NCBI GenBank assembly: GCA_026396615.1
Contig: JAPLWK010000011.1
Span: 962-64,961 of the forward strand
Length of the DNA: 64,000 nucleotides
Origin: a candidate division WWE3 bacterium
GTDB taxonomy: Bacteria; Patescibacteriota; WWE3; JAPLWK01
Direction of reading: 5' to 3'
In this document: positions 1 to 10,314 of the stretch, one piece after another
How the letters are laid out: each line of letters starts with the position of its first letter
How positions within the stretch are numbered: position 1 is the first letter of the stretch
The notes under the pieces: generated by a model
What the model was told of the DNA's origin: nothing
The model's database searches: none
What the model saw: only the letters and a program-made list of their open reading frames with translations
Position numbers and translations under genes: made by a program

Positions 1-3
1 ACT

Positions 4-1323
4 ATGATGGGTCTTAAATCAATACTTGGGAAAGTAGAAACCGCTTGCGTCGCCTTACTATTTGTGGTGACGCCTCTCATAGTCACCACTTTTACCTATG
101 AACTATTCGAATTCCCCAAAATGATTTTTGTTTATTTCGTCGGCGCCGCACTACTCGCTTCCAAACTGACGCAGATAATCATTGATGGACGATTACCTAA
201 AATCAATGTTGACCGAAAAATTGTCATTTTATTCGCCACATTCGTCATTATTAACGCAATTAGCGTGATGTTTTCACCTTTTAAATACACTGGTTTATGG
301 GGTTACTACAGCCGTTTTAGCGGCGGTCTGATATCAACATTTATATATTTTGGTGTTTTCTTAGTGCTGCTGACCTGGGAAAAGACGAAACTACTGGAAG
401 TTTTAAAGTGGCTCTTAATGTCATCCGTTCTCGTCGCCATTTACGGCATTGCCCAGCATTTTGGCCTGGAAAAAGACCGCTGGGTTCAAGACGTGACCGC
501 TCGAGTTTTTAGCAGCTTTGGCCAACCAAACTGGCTGGCCGCCTATAACGTTCTGATTATTCCTGTCACTTTTTACTTTAGCCTAATAATGAAGAGTCGA
601 CGTGACAAAGTAATCTTTTCGATAATTTTAATGTTAAATTTTGCCAGCCTCTGGTTTACTTTTTCCATGTCCGGCCTTGTCGCCCTCGTCGTCTCTGTAA
701 TCTTTATAATCCTACTCATGAACAACAAAGTCCGAGTGACTAACTGGAAACTTTTAACTGTTCAAGCTGCTTGTTGTTTGTTAATTGTTGTTTTACAACC
801 AGGCCTTGCAGCTGGTCGAATTAGCGACACTTTCAAAACCATCAAATCTAAGGTTTCTGTCGTCACCGCCGCCTACGCCGCTACGACTGACCTGCAAGTT
901 GGCGATACCGGCAATATTCGCTTAATAGTTTGGCAAGGAGTAATTAAAGCCGCCCTAAAAGATCCCAAGACTTTTTTGATTGGTAACGGCCCGGAAACCG
1001 TTGCTTATACCTTACTCCCCTATCGACCACTAGCTATGAACCAAACCTCGGAATGGGGCTTACTTTACAACAAGGCTCATAACTATTTCTTAGATTTACT
1101 TTTAAATACGGGAATCGCAGGTCTACTGGCTTACCTGTGTATAAACATTATAGCTATTATAACTGCTATAAAGACCAGAAACGACACACTGAAACTAGCC
1201 ATTGGTGCGGCCTTAATTGGCAATCTGATTACTAACTTCTTCGGCTGGCCGGTTGTTATGACTAGTTTAATTTTTGCTTTATATTTAGCGTTATTGGCAA
1301 AAAAAGATGAAAATATTATCTAA
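4..1323 (+). CDS. O-antigen ligase (WaaL/Wzy_C)-family membrane protein
   Basis: Multi-pass TM protein with RVFSSFGQPNWLAAY, R-L-I-V-W and KAHNYFLD motifs typical of O-antigen ligase/oligosaccharyltransferase-like proteins. Confidence 0.8.
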   Translation: MMGLKSILGKVETACVALLFVVTPLIVTTFTYELFEFPKMIFVYFVGAALLASKLTQIIIDGRLPKINVDRKIVILFATFVIINAISVMFSPFKYTGLWGYYSRFSGGLISTFIYFGVFLVLLTWEKTKLLEVLKWLLMSSVLVAIYGIAQHFGLEKDRWVQDVTARVFSSFGQPNWLAAYNVLIIPVTFYFSLIMKSRRDKVIFSIILMLNFASLWFTFSMSGLVALVVSVIFIILLMNNKVRVTNWKLLTVQAACCLLIVVLQPGLAAGRISDTFKTIKSKVSVVTAAYAATTDLQVGDTGNIRLIVWQGVIKAALKDPKTFLIGNGPETVAYTLLPYRPLAMNQTSEWGLLYNKAHNYFLDLLLNTGIAGLLAYLCINIIAIITAIKTRNDTLKLAIGAALIGNLITNFFGWPVVMTSLIFALYLALLAKKDENII

Positions 1324-1867
1324 ACTAAAATATCCCGGTATAATCGCTGTTTGGCTGGTGACGTTATACTTTATTTTTAGCGTCCTTAACATCTTTTTAG
1401 CGGATGTTTCTTTTTCCAAGGGTATAAATAACGGCAGCATTAAAGATTTAACTGACGCCACTAAACTTAATCCACGTGAGGAAACGTACCATCGTAATTT
1501 AGGACTGGCCTACGCTATTTTAACTAAAAATGAAACTGATCAGGACTTGAAACAAGCGCTTGTTACGTTAAGCGATCAAGAAATGCAAACAGCCGTTAAT
1601 TTAAACTCACAGAATTCATTGGTTTTAAAATCGGCCATTTCCGGTTATAACTATTTGGGGACGGTTAACAAAAGCTACTTCGATAAGGCTAAAAAGATTG
1701 CGACGGACCTAACAAAACTTTCGCCAACCGATCCGGAAGCCTGGTACCAACTGGCCACAGTAGAAGCTAAAATAGGAGATAAAACGCAAGCAGCGAAGGA
1801 TTATAAAAAGACCTTGGAATTGAAGAATGATTTAATATCGTTTCCAATTATTGAGTTGGGGTTGTAA
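1307..1867 (+). CDS. Membrane-anchored TPR protein (resembles the TPR tail often fused to O-antigen ligases)
   Basis: N-terminal TM helix; TPR-like segments (LNPREETYHRNLG, LSPTDPEAWYQLA...YKKTLEL); overlaps upstream gene by 17 bp. Confidence 0.7.
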   Translation: MKILSKLKYPGIIAVWLVTLYFIFSVLNIFLADVSFSKGINNGSIKDLTDATKLNPREETYHRNLGLAYAILTKNETDQDLKQALVTLSDQEMQTAVNLNSQNSLVLKSAISGYNYLGTVNKSYFDKAKKIATDLTKLSPTDPEAWYQLATVEAKIGDKTQAAKDYKKTLELKNDLISFPIIELGL

Positions 1868-2966
1868 CAACGGGCGCCACGTAAGTAGCTGAAACCCAGC
1901 CGGTCGTGCCGTCAGGAAGTTTTATTTGCACCCAGCCGGTTTGTTCTGCCAATTTTGGGTAAGTTTGACCTACGGTAGCCTTGCCAATTTCAGTGCCGCT
2001 GGGGGAATTACGAACTCGTAAGTAAGTTGCTCCGGTCGGCAATATTTTGATTAAAGTTTCTGACGACGCGGGACCACTAGCCAGCTTTTGTAAACCTTTA
2101 AGGGCCAAGGCCGAAATAGTTTTTTCGGTGGGAGTACTTAAATATCCAACATTAGTAGCCGCCGGAACGCTGGTGGAAACTGTTTTTAGAGCCGTCCCTT
2201 CGCGATCAAATAAGTTACCGGAACTATCAACAAAATAATTTAACATCGCCGAGGGACTGGTTTCCCGCTCTCGCTGCCAGTAAGAAACCGCTTGGGCCCA
2301 AGCATGCGTATCGGCGGATAGGAGCGGACTAGACCCACTTAAATTAAAGACTTTTAGAGCGGCCGGACCGCCGGTTAGTTCTGTTAATGACGGTATAGGT
2401 AGCAAAAACAAGTGGCTGGAAACGCCCAAATGATAATTTTCGCGAGCGGCCAGGTTTAGGCTCCGACTTTGGTAATTATCGACCGACAATTTAACAATGT
2501 GCGCTCCCGGTTTAATATTAATCGACAGCGGGGTTTTTCCAACATCGGTCCCATCAATAGTTACGAGAACAGAACCGGGATCAGTAATAATCGACAACCC
2601 GGCCGCACCACTCACTTTATCCAACCACACATTGTCGGCTCCCGAAAATACGGAGCCTGTTCCTAAGTCCAAATTTAAGGCGGTTTCGGTACCGGGCGTA
2701 AAACTTAACTCCCCTTCCCAAGCGTTCTCCGAACTGGCCACTCTAACTTGAGCCTTTTTTGAAGTTATTCCGGTTTTTTTAAGCGGAGTGACCCCAAGGA
2801 GCTTCCCATTTAAATAAACTTGGGCAACAGTGTTACCGGTCGCGACCGACAAAGAACCACTGGCAAAGAGCATCGTTTGCGGTAGAACTTTTATGTAAAC
2901 AAAGACCCCCAGCGCCACCAGTAGTAATAAACTAAAAACAATTGCTATAATGCTCTTGGAATTCAT
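1848..2966 (-). CDS. PEGA-domain protein with C-terminal SH3b domain, N-terminal TM anchor
   Basis: Two PEGA repeats (VYLNGKLLGVTPL; VTIDGTDVGKTPL); C-terminal LRVRNSP...GWVQI...GWVSATYV (SH3b). Start moved to ATG 2966 (MNSKSII), 7 nt after TATAAT, which avoids overlap with the tRNA. Confidence 0.8.
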   Translation of the reverse strand: MNSKSIIAIVFSLLLLVALGVFVYIKVLPQTMLFASGSLSVATGNTVAQVYLNGKLLGVTPLKKTGITSKKAQVRVASSENAWEGELSFTPGTETALNLDLGTGSVFSGADNVWLDKVSGAAGLSIITDPGSVLVTIDGTDVGKTPLSINIKPGAHIVKLSVDNYQSRSLNLAARENYHLGVSSHLFLLPIPSLTELTGGPAALKVFNLSGSSPLLSADTHAWAQAVSYWQRERETSPSAMLNYFVDSSGNLFDREGTALKTVSTSVPAATNVGYLSTPTEKTISALALKGLQKLASGPASSETLIKILPTGATYLRVRNSPSGTEIGKATVGQTYPKLAEQTGWVQIKLPDGTTGWVSATYVAPVVTTPTQ

Positions 2967-2988
2967 TGCTAAGATTATAGTACAACCT

Positions 2989-3063
<75 letters not shown>

Positions 3064-3289
3064 TTAGAAACTCTTACGAACGAAGTGAGTTAGAGTTTCT
3101 TATGCCCTCCGTAGCCCCGAAGGGGCTTCGTAGGATTAAAACCATTAAACCTAAGTTATGCAGAAAAACTTGTAGAAATTCCCAAAAGTCAGGTTTTGGA
3201 GTCTATATACAACGCCGCTCGAAAATATTTAAGGCGGCGGAAGAGGGGGAGCAGGGGTGAATTCCGCCGCGGCCGCCGTCTTCTCCATG

Positions 3290-6118
3290 TTATGAATTAA
3301 TAAGTTCGTAAATGGGGTTTATTTCTTCTGGATTATAAGGATCAAGCTGAAGAAGTCGTTCGTAAAAACCTTCTCCATAAGTCTGATCGAAAACTATTTG
3401 AACATAATCTTCGGCTGCTTCGTTTCCAATTCTGGCATACATTAGATTATCAAAAGCTTTATCCCGATTTGGTAATCTTTCAATTAGCATCCGCAGTGCT
3501 ATCCCTATGTAATTTAAGTGCTCAGTTGGTCTATCCTCCGGCTTAAGCTCACCTGTAGAATACAAGTAGTTAGTGTAAGTTATTGACGCTAGGCCTTCCT
3601 CTAAAAACCGTCCTTGGAGTGACCCTTTTGGATCGTTCTCAAACCCACGCGCTAAGATTTGACTACCGTCGTTTTCTATTTCATGCATCCCAGTATTGTG
3701 AAACATCTCCTCGAAAATCAATTTAAAATTAAACTTGGGATCATCTTCAACCAACAAAGCGTAACCTGCTCTTAAGTCACTTCTATAAAGCCCACGACTT
3801 GGCCTGCTTGGATCATCCAGCTCTAATCTAGAGGCAGCGGCCTGGAATCGCTGTACAGACTTTGGTGGAACTATATAAATAGGATCCTCCTCGTAATCTT
3901 CTGCCACTGGAACATGTCTTCCCAAATATCGCCTGATGACATCTTTTTCTTGATCATAAAGTCCATTTTCGTACCCAAAAGCTTTCAACATTCCTATGTT
4001 TTGACTGAGCCACATCTCATGAATTTCGGATTCTGTGTAATGTGTGTCTTCCGGCTGCGGTTTTAATTTTAGCTCCTCCGGAAATACACCTGTCTGCTCA
4101 TATGGTAAATCCTCTTCGTGAGGTAAAACTAAAAAAGTTGGCTTGTAATCTTCTGGGGAAAGTCTTCTTTTAAAAGCTTTTACGGAATCGTTACCAACAA
4201 AATTTCCCAACTTACCTATTACTTGCCTCACTAGTCTAGTAGACAACCAATCTAAAGTCTCTTTATCAGTTAGCTCTTCTTGAGAGAAATCGAACTCACT
4301 AGCATATGGAGCTTCAGCCTTAACTTTTTGGATAAATTCCTGTGGGTCATTTTCGTTTTGTAGTCCTTCAGCATAAGGAGAATGCACCATCTTAGCTAAA
4401 GCTAACATTCTGTCCAGCCGCTCATTCCGAGTCGCCTCATCTGGCATATCTAAAAACTTTCGGGCCATTACTAACCAATGAATACCAACATCAATTTTTA
4501 AGGCGCCCTCAGGTAAAGTTATTGAGTCCGCCTTACCATCAATTAATGATTTATACATTCGAGAAAGTGCCCTGGGAGCCGGAAAACGAGTCCCAGCCAC
4601 ATAAAAGAAATCCTCACCGTAACCTTGAGCTAAATAATCCTGCTCGATACTAAGTACATGCCGACCATGAAGATTTTGGTAAGGATCTGCGGAAGCCTCG
4701 GTAGAATTTTGAAAATACGTTGATAGAGCATTAAAGGATAGTACTAAGCCGTCTTTCGTTAGTAGCACCTCATTAAATGATTGATCACGATTACCAAGAT
4801 ATTCTCTGAGCCCATCCGACCCTCCCTGGTAAATTCTCTCTACATCCTTAGGTTCTACATTGTATTTACCTTTTAACACTTGGGTCTCGATGGTATTTCT
4901 TTCGCGCGGCCCAAAAACTACTAAATCCACATCGCTCACCGGCAGCTCATCTTCTACTGGTAAACCTAATGCTATTTTAGTTACGACTCTTGCCAAACCT
5001 CCCTTAAAACCAACTTCACCGGTATCAGTTTTTTCCGGCAAAGGAAACTCAAAAGTACCTTTAGGTGAAGTGATAACCAATTTTTCACCAGTTATAAATA
5101 ATGTTGTAGCCCCAGAAGCCAGAGTATTTACCTGATCAGCTTCTAATTTCTCCATCGGAATTAACACTCCCTTATGATGCGGAACTTTTTGCTCACCTTC
5201 GATAAGCACCGACTGCTCATTTATCTGATACAGTACAAAATCGTAATTAATCGCCGCCGCAAGTAATGCCTCCGCGTTCGGGTTTTCGGCAGTCCCTTGA
5301 TTTGCAACATCCTGATGAACTACATGCAAACTATAGTCTAAGTATTGCACCAAAGGATTTATGTACTTCTCGCAAAAAATCCAACGCGGATCAGTCCCTC
5401 TTTTCTCACCTGTCATATCAAAGACTGTTTGACTAACAGCACTAAAACCATCCTGCATCGCCTGAGGATAATCCTTAACACTTTCAACGGCCTTTAATCG
5501 CTCGGTTACATTGGTAGTTAGTAGTTCTTCGAATAATCCTCGAATTTCTTGTCTCTCAGTACGATTCAAACCTCGGAAAACATCTCGATTTATTGGCGCC
5601 TCGATCTCTGGTGGTTTTTGATCCAGTTCCGGGGTTAAATAATCAAGACCTGAATCTTCGAGCATTCCAGCCATTCGAATCGAAGCATCCTTCCGATTTC
5701 CGAATGCTAAAAACTTTTTAGGACCAGTGGATTCAATCTTGTAAATATAGTATGGCCCAAAAAGTCTAACCAGATCAACATCTAATTTCTTTTCTTCCCT
5801 TAGTCTACTTAGCACTGCTTCATCAATAGGCTTTGGTGCAATTAGGGCTGGTTCGTAAAAAACACTATTTAGTTGGCCAACTTCTTGCGGCGTCATCCGA
5901 TCGGGGTAACTTACAGATTGAGGCTCACTGATGTTAACAGGACCACCGAGGTCACCCTCCTTAAAAAAAGCTGGGTGTGGTTCCTGAACTAAAACTAACA
6001 AAGGCCTACTAAGCTCCGGCAAAGTTTCAGGACCCGATTTTGTTTCAACTCTTTGAGTTTCTTGAAGAATCTCTGATGGGATGTTTGATTCCGGTGTCGA
6101 AGTTTCTGAGTTGAGCAC
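3290..6118 (-). CDS. Large orphan protein with class II nucleotidyltransferase-like motifs and a C-terminal degenerate gluzincin-like motif
   Basis: GFKGGLARV...SDVDL and RDQSFNE resemble the GGxxRD/DxD and RRDFTIN motifs of CCA/poly(A) polymerases; EEMFH...LEEG resembles HExxH...EG. Likely start is GTG 6118, 6 nt after TATACT. Confidence 0.5.
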   Translation of the reverse strand: MLNSETSTPESNIPSEILQETQRVETKSGPETLPELSRPLLVLVQEPHPAFFKEGDLGGPVNISEPQSVSYPDRMTPQEVGQLNSVFYEPALIAPKPIDEAVLSRLREEKKLDVDLVRLFGPYYIYKIESTGPKKFLAFGNRKDASIRMAGMLEDSGLDYLTPELDQKPPEIEAPINRDVFRGLNRTERQEIRGLFEELLTTNVTERLKAVESVKDYPQAMQDGFSAVSQTVFDMTGEKRGTDPRWIFCEKYINPLVQYLDYSLHVVHQDVANQGTAENPNAEALLAAAINYDFVLYQINEQSVLIEGEQKVPHHKGVLIPMEKLEADQVNTLASGATTLFITGEKLVITSPKGTFEFPLPEKTDTGEVGFKGGLARVVTKIALGLPVEDELPVSDVDLVVFGPRERNTIETQVLKGKYNVEPKDVERIYQGGSDGLREYLGNRDQSFNEVLLTKDGLVLSFNALSTYFQNSTEASADPYQNLHGRHVLSIEQDYLAQGYGEDFFYVAGTRFPAPRALSRMYKSLIDGKADSITLPEGALKIDVGIHWLVMARKFLDMPDEATRNERLDRMLALAKMVHSPYAEGLQNENDPQEFIQKVKAEAPYASEFDFSQEELTDKETLDWLSTRLVRQVIGKLGNFVGNDSVKAFKRRLSPEDYKPTFLVLPHEEDLPYEQTGVFPEELKLKPQPEDTHYTESEIHEMWLSQNIGMLKAFGYENGLYDQEKDVIRRYLGRHVPVAEDYEEDPIYIVPPKSVQRFQAAASRLELDDPSRPSRGLYRSDLRAGYALLVEDDPKFNFKLIFEEMFHNTGMHEIENDGSQILARGFENDPKGSLQGRFLEEGLASITYTNYLYSTGELKPEDRPTEHLNYIGIALRMLIERLPNRDKAFDNLMYARIGNEAAEDYVQIVFDQTYGEGFYERLLQLDPYNPEEINPIYELINS

Positions 6119-6172
6119 AACAAAAGTATACAAAGGAACGCCAACCGCCACAAGAGTTAAACGTTTTTCTAA

Positions 6173-7008
6173 CTACTCAAGAGGAAGTTTTATTTGCTTA
6201 GCAGCGGAGCGATGGTTTAGTACCTCTTCAATTTCGTACTCAGTTTTTATTCCAGAATCAGAAACCCATTGCTTTTCTCTTAATTTAACTTCGAATATAT
6301 CGTCCTTTGAAAAACTGTCTCTGTTTTCCTGAACACCATCTAAAAATTTTCTATCTTTAACAACCGCATAGAAGAAAGAAATGTCGTTCTAGTTTCGTCT
6401 TTAAGCGGTTCGTCCTGAACATCTGGCGTTTTAAAATAATCTTTTTGATCAGTACTGATACTATTAATCTTCCCACCCTGTTCTGTTGCGAAAGTTTCTA
6501 TACCCTCTTTTGATAACGGTTCTGTTATTACTTTTTGAAGAGATGTTCTAATCTTTACACTTGCATATAAATCAATGACTTTTTCTTCTGTCACAATATT
6601 TTCTTCATCAACGTAAATTGTAGCCTTACCATTATCTTTAGTTATTTTCTTTATTTTCCTATTGCGTAATAGAACAAGAAGTCCAATTAGACCAGAACCA
6701 GGTAAACCAATAAACCCTAAAAGTCCTAATAAATTACATGCAGCACTTACGCTATCAGAGTTAAGGGCGGATATTAGATCGTGTAGCGGTTGTTGAATTA
6801 CTGAAAATTCAATCCCGAAAGATCCTGTTTTAAAAGATCCTTTAACATTAACCTGAACTTTACTCTTGTCGCCATAAACAATGGTATTCGCCTCATCGAG
6901 CATATCGCTAATAGCCAGAAGAGCCGGAGCTAAATCCCTAACGTCCATCTCATGAGACTGTAATATTGGGCCGTCGTAAATTACACTGAAATATTCCTTT
7001 TGGGGCAT
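6173..7008 (-). pseudogene. Frameshifted/internally deleted conserved hypothetical gene (YDGPxLxxHEMDV family)
   Basis: ORF stops at 6340, but another frame continues FYAVVKDRKFLDGVQENRDSFSKDDIFEVKLREKQW...YEIEEVLNHRSAAKQIKLPLE* to 6173; frame break near 6375. Confidence 0.7.
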
Positions 7009-7046
7009 GCTAATAATCTAGTGGATATTTAAGTTGAGTTCAACAA

Positions 7047-7176
7047 CTACTTCCTCAATTGCTTTTTAAAGACGCCTTGGCCGTATTTAATCACTTGGCC
7101 AACTTTAGAAACCGTCGCTATACTCGTGCCAACTTTAGCCGCGATTTTGATATGCTGCGCCAAATCCTTGACCACA
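7047..7176 (-). pseudogene. Remnant of a TrpR-like (YerC/YecD) HTH gene
   Basis: KDLAQHIKIA-AKVGTSIATVSKVGQVIKYG aligns with YerC-type LAQRLEVA...TGASTATISRV...LNYG, with the intervening helix and the N-terminus missing. Confidence 0.55.
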
Positions 7177-7203
7177 CTTTCTACTGCATCTACAATCAAA
7201 CTC

Positions 7204-7875
7204 GTGAACGTCCAATCTCCCGATCCCAAAATTTTAATGGAAGATGGCTGGAAGGCCCGTGAGAATTACGAATTTAAGCAGTCAGAAAAACTTCTTACTG
7301 TGGCAAAAAGTCTTTTTGAAAAGCAGAAGGACTGGCAGAATGTTACCGAATGTTTAAACCATCTTGCATATCTTCGCCAAATGCAGGCTTTTGATCTTTT
7401 AGTTCAAGGCCGAAAGTTTGCCGCCGAATCACTAACCGTCGCCAGAAAAGAGTCCGTAGACCAAGCACTCCCCAATCGAGCCAACCAAACAATTCTTCGC
7501 TGGCTGGGAGAATTTGAACAAGCTGACGAGTTTGCTAAGGTGCTAGTTAATAGTATTAACACAAACTCAGCCGCTAGGGCGGAGGCCCGCGGAAGTTTAG
7601 CTCTTATTTTAATGCGTACGGGAAAAATTAATGAAGCGAAGAATGAGATTGAACTAGCTTTTAGAGAACTCGACGAAGGCTGGGAAAAGGAACGAATGCC
7701 GCACAAAATGATCTGGAAAACAAAACTTCTGATAATCGCTTCTCTTATTGATTATAATCTTGGTAACAAAAAGGACGCTAAAATTAGAGCCGCCAAGGCC
7801 CTAGCTCTATCCAAAGAGCACAATCTTAAAATGCGGTTGGCAGAGGCGGAAGAACTGCTAAAGCTATTTAGCTAG
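7204..7875 (+). CDS. TPR-like helical repeat protein
   Basis: Helical repeats (ECLNHLAYL, ARGSLALILMRTGKINEA, LGNKKDAK...ALALSKE); likely start GTG 7204, 7 nt after TACAAT. Confidence 0.6.
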   Translation: MNVQSPDPKILMEDGWKARENYEFKQSEKLLTVAKSLFEKQKDWQNVTECLNHLAYLRQMQAFDLLVQGRKFAAESLTVARKESVDQALPNRANQTILRWLGEFEQADEFAKVLVNSINTNSAARAEARGSLALILMRTGKINEAKNEIELAFRELDEGWEKERMPHKMIWKTKLLIIASLIDYNLGNKKDAKIRAAKALALSKEHNLKMRLAEAEELLKLFS

Positions 7876-8849
7876 CTCGCCCAACTCACATTGGCCTTCG
7901 TCCACTCCAAAATCTTCTTTGTATCTCCAAAGCGATCGCTGCTACCAAGCACCACGACTATAAAATCGCGATCGCGGAGGTGGTAAGCAGTAACGAGACA
8001 TTGACCGGCTAAATCGGTGTTGCCAGTTTTAACACCAAAAACGCCAGGATAAACTCCTAAAAGCTCATTGGTGTTAACCAGTGACCGCATTAAGTTTGAA
8101 TTTTGACCGGGTACTAAATAAGTTTTGGTACCGACGACAGTCTTAAAAGTTTCATTTTGCAAAGCAGATTTGGCGATAACGGCTAAATCCCAAGCCGAAG
8201 CATTATTTTCTTTCCAAGAACCATCGTCAAACCCAATCGGATTCTCAAAGTGAGCATTAGCAATTCCTAAAGACTCGACGTAAGTATTCATAGCCGCAAC
8301 GAAGGCTGGTTGACCGCCTGGATAATTGGAGTAAACAGTGCAAGTAGCATCAGTATCGGAGACGAGGAGCATCGCATAAAGCAAATCTTTAAAAGAAATT
8401 TCTTCGCCGGGATAAAGTCCTGAATTATTGCCGTTTAAGCCAACACAACTTTTAGGCGTGATTAGTTTTTGATCTAAAGAATAAGTTTGCAGTCCCACCA
8501 TCGCCGTTACTATTTTAGTCGTTGAAGCCGGCTCGGTTTCGGCGGTTGCTTCCCGACCATATAGAACTTTTAAAGTCGCTAAATCGGCTACAATGACTTG
8601 CTTAGCCGAAATCGAAGCGGCATTAAAATCAGCCGCAATTTTAAACCGCGGCTCGACCGGTCGAATTAGTTCTTTGAATGACGGGATCGCTACCGGTTGG
8701 TTTTGAATGCCTTCGACCAATCCTTGCGTAATTTGATTCCCGCCAGTATTACGAATAATAATAACAGCAACTACAACCGCAGTTAAGCAAAAAGTTAAAG
8801 AGGAACGCCACCAAAAATCTGGGGATTTAGGAAGTTGAGTTTTTGGCAT
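7872..8849 (-). CDS. D-alanyl-D-alanine carboxypeptidase (peptidase S11)
   Basis: PASTTK (SxxK), FENPIG, GVKTG motifs; SxN appears as SDT; N-terminal TM. Confidence 0.85.
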   Translation of the reverse strand: MPKTQLPKSPDFWWRSSLTFCLTAVVVAVIIIRNTGGNQITQGLVEGIQNQPVAIPSFKELIRPVEPRFKIAADFNAASISAKQVIVADLATLKVLYGREATAETEPASTTKIVTAMVGLQTYSLDQKLITPKSCVGLNGNNSGLYPGEEISFKDLLYAMLLVSDTDATCTVYSNYPGGQPAFVAAMNTYVESLGIANAHFENPIGFDDGSWKENNASAWDLAVIAKSALQNETFKTVVGTKTYLVPGQNSNLMRSLVNTNELLGVYPGVFGVKTGNTDLAGQCLVTAYHLRDRDFIVVVLGSSDRFGDTKKILEWTKANVSWAS

Positions 8850-8858
8850 TATCTAATT

Positions 8859-10268
8859 CTAGCTCTTTTTATTCTCTGTGATTTCCAAAGATAATTCTTT
8901 AAGTTGTTTAGGGCTAACCTCAGTTGGCGCGTCCATGACGGCTGTTTTACCGGTTGAAGTCATCGGGAAAGCAATGGCTTCTTTAAGTGAAGTTTCTCCG
9001 GCCAAAATCATGACCAAACGATCAAGACCCAAGGCAATACCACCATGCGGCGGCGTTCCTAAATCAAAAGCTTTTAACATATGACCAACGTTACCCTCTA
9101 TTTGCTCGTCGGTGTAGCCCATGATGTGATAAGTCGCCCGCAATACTTCCGATTTATAGGCGCGAAGACTTCCGCCACCAACCTCGTAGCCATTACAAAC
9201 TAAATCATATTGAGTCGTTAAGATCTCATCGATATGTTCGCCGTTCATATGCCAATCTAAGTGCGCGTCCAAGGGGCGGCTAAAAGGGTTATGGGTAAAA
9301 GTCCAGCCACTTTGACCGTCTTCAACCTCCGCTTTATCCGTCTTATTTACTTTCTTAAAAAACGGAAAGCGCACCACCCAAGCAAAAGCTAAGACGTTAT
9401 CCTTCTTCTCTTCATCAGTTCGTAAATCGAACTTATCGGCTCCGTATTTAGCAATCGCGTCACTGTAGTTAATAACCGGAAACGGATCGGTTTGTAGTTT
9501 TCCGCCGACAGAAGTGATAGCTTTTTTAACAATGTCCTCGATAGTATTACGAACGTCTTCCTCGGCCACGAAACTCATTTCTAAATCTAGTTGCGTAAAT
9601 TCGTAGCCGCGATCGGCCCGTAAATCCTCGTCACGAATACACTTAGCAAATTGAAAATAGCGCTCAACACCTGCCGTCATTAAAAGTTGCTTATATTGCT
9701 GAGGACTTTGAGGTAGTGCATAAAACTTCCCAGGATTGCCACGGGAGGGCACTATAAAATTACGAGCCCCTTCTTTGGTTGGGAATGACAACAGTGGCGT
9801 TTCGACCTCAACAAAATTATGGTCATAAAGACCGTCACGTAAAGCTCGCGTTAAGTTTGACCGCAGTATTAATATCTTATGCATTCGCTCGCGGCGAAGA
9901 TCTAAATAACGATACTTAAGTCGCACCTCTTCGTGCAATTCACTACCGTCAGTGTCTAAAGGAATAGGCAGTTCAGAGGCTTTGTTGAGAATTTGATAAG
10001 ATGTAACCTCCAGTTCAATTTTACCTAAAGCGATATTGGGATTAATCATCCGTTCACCACGTAATTTGACTAGTCCAACGATTTCCACGACCGATTCCGT
10101 TGAGAGTTCTGACATTTTACCAACCCCAACACACTGAATCTTCCCGGTAGTATCACGTAAATCAACAAAAGTAATTTTACCGTGATCCCGTTTAGAATCT
10201 ACCCAACCGAGTAATTTAATTTCTTGACCAACTTTCGATTCTGTTTCGTTAACCATTGTTCTTTCCAT
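8859..10268 (-). CDS. aspS: Aspartyl-tRNA synthetase (short form lacking the GAD insertion)
   Basis: OB-fold GWVDSKRDHG, LPQSPQQYKQLLM, RDEDLRADR, PPHGGIALGLDR; start at MERTMVNE. Confidence 0.95.
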   Translation of the reverse strand: MERTMVNETESKVGQEIKLLGWVDSKRDHGKITFVDLRDTTGKIQCVGVGKMSELSTESVVEIVGLVKLRGERMINPNIALGKIELEVTSYQILNKASELPIPLDTDGSELHEEVRLKYRYLDLRRERMHKILILRSNLTRALRDGLYDHNFVEVETPLLSFPTKEGARNFIVPSRGNPGKFYALPQSPQQYKQLLMTAGVERYFQFAKCIRDEDLRADRGYEFTQLDLEMSFVAEEDVRNTIEDIVKKAITSVGGKLQTDPFPVINYSDAIAKYGADKFDLRTDEEKKDNVLAFAWVVRFPFFKKVNKTDKAEVEDGQSGWTFTHNPFSRPLDAHLDWHMNGEHIDEILTTQYDLVCNGYEVGGGSLRAYKSEVLRATYHIMGYTDEQIEGNVGHMLKAFDLGTPPHGGIALGLDRLVMILAGETSLKEAIAFPMTSTGKTAVMDAPTEVSPKQLKELSLEITENKKS

Positions 10269-10314
10269 AGCATAGGTAATATAGCAAAAAGGCGTTCTGG
10301 TGTACACTATTTAC

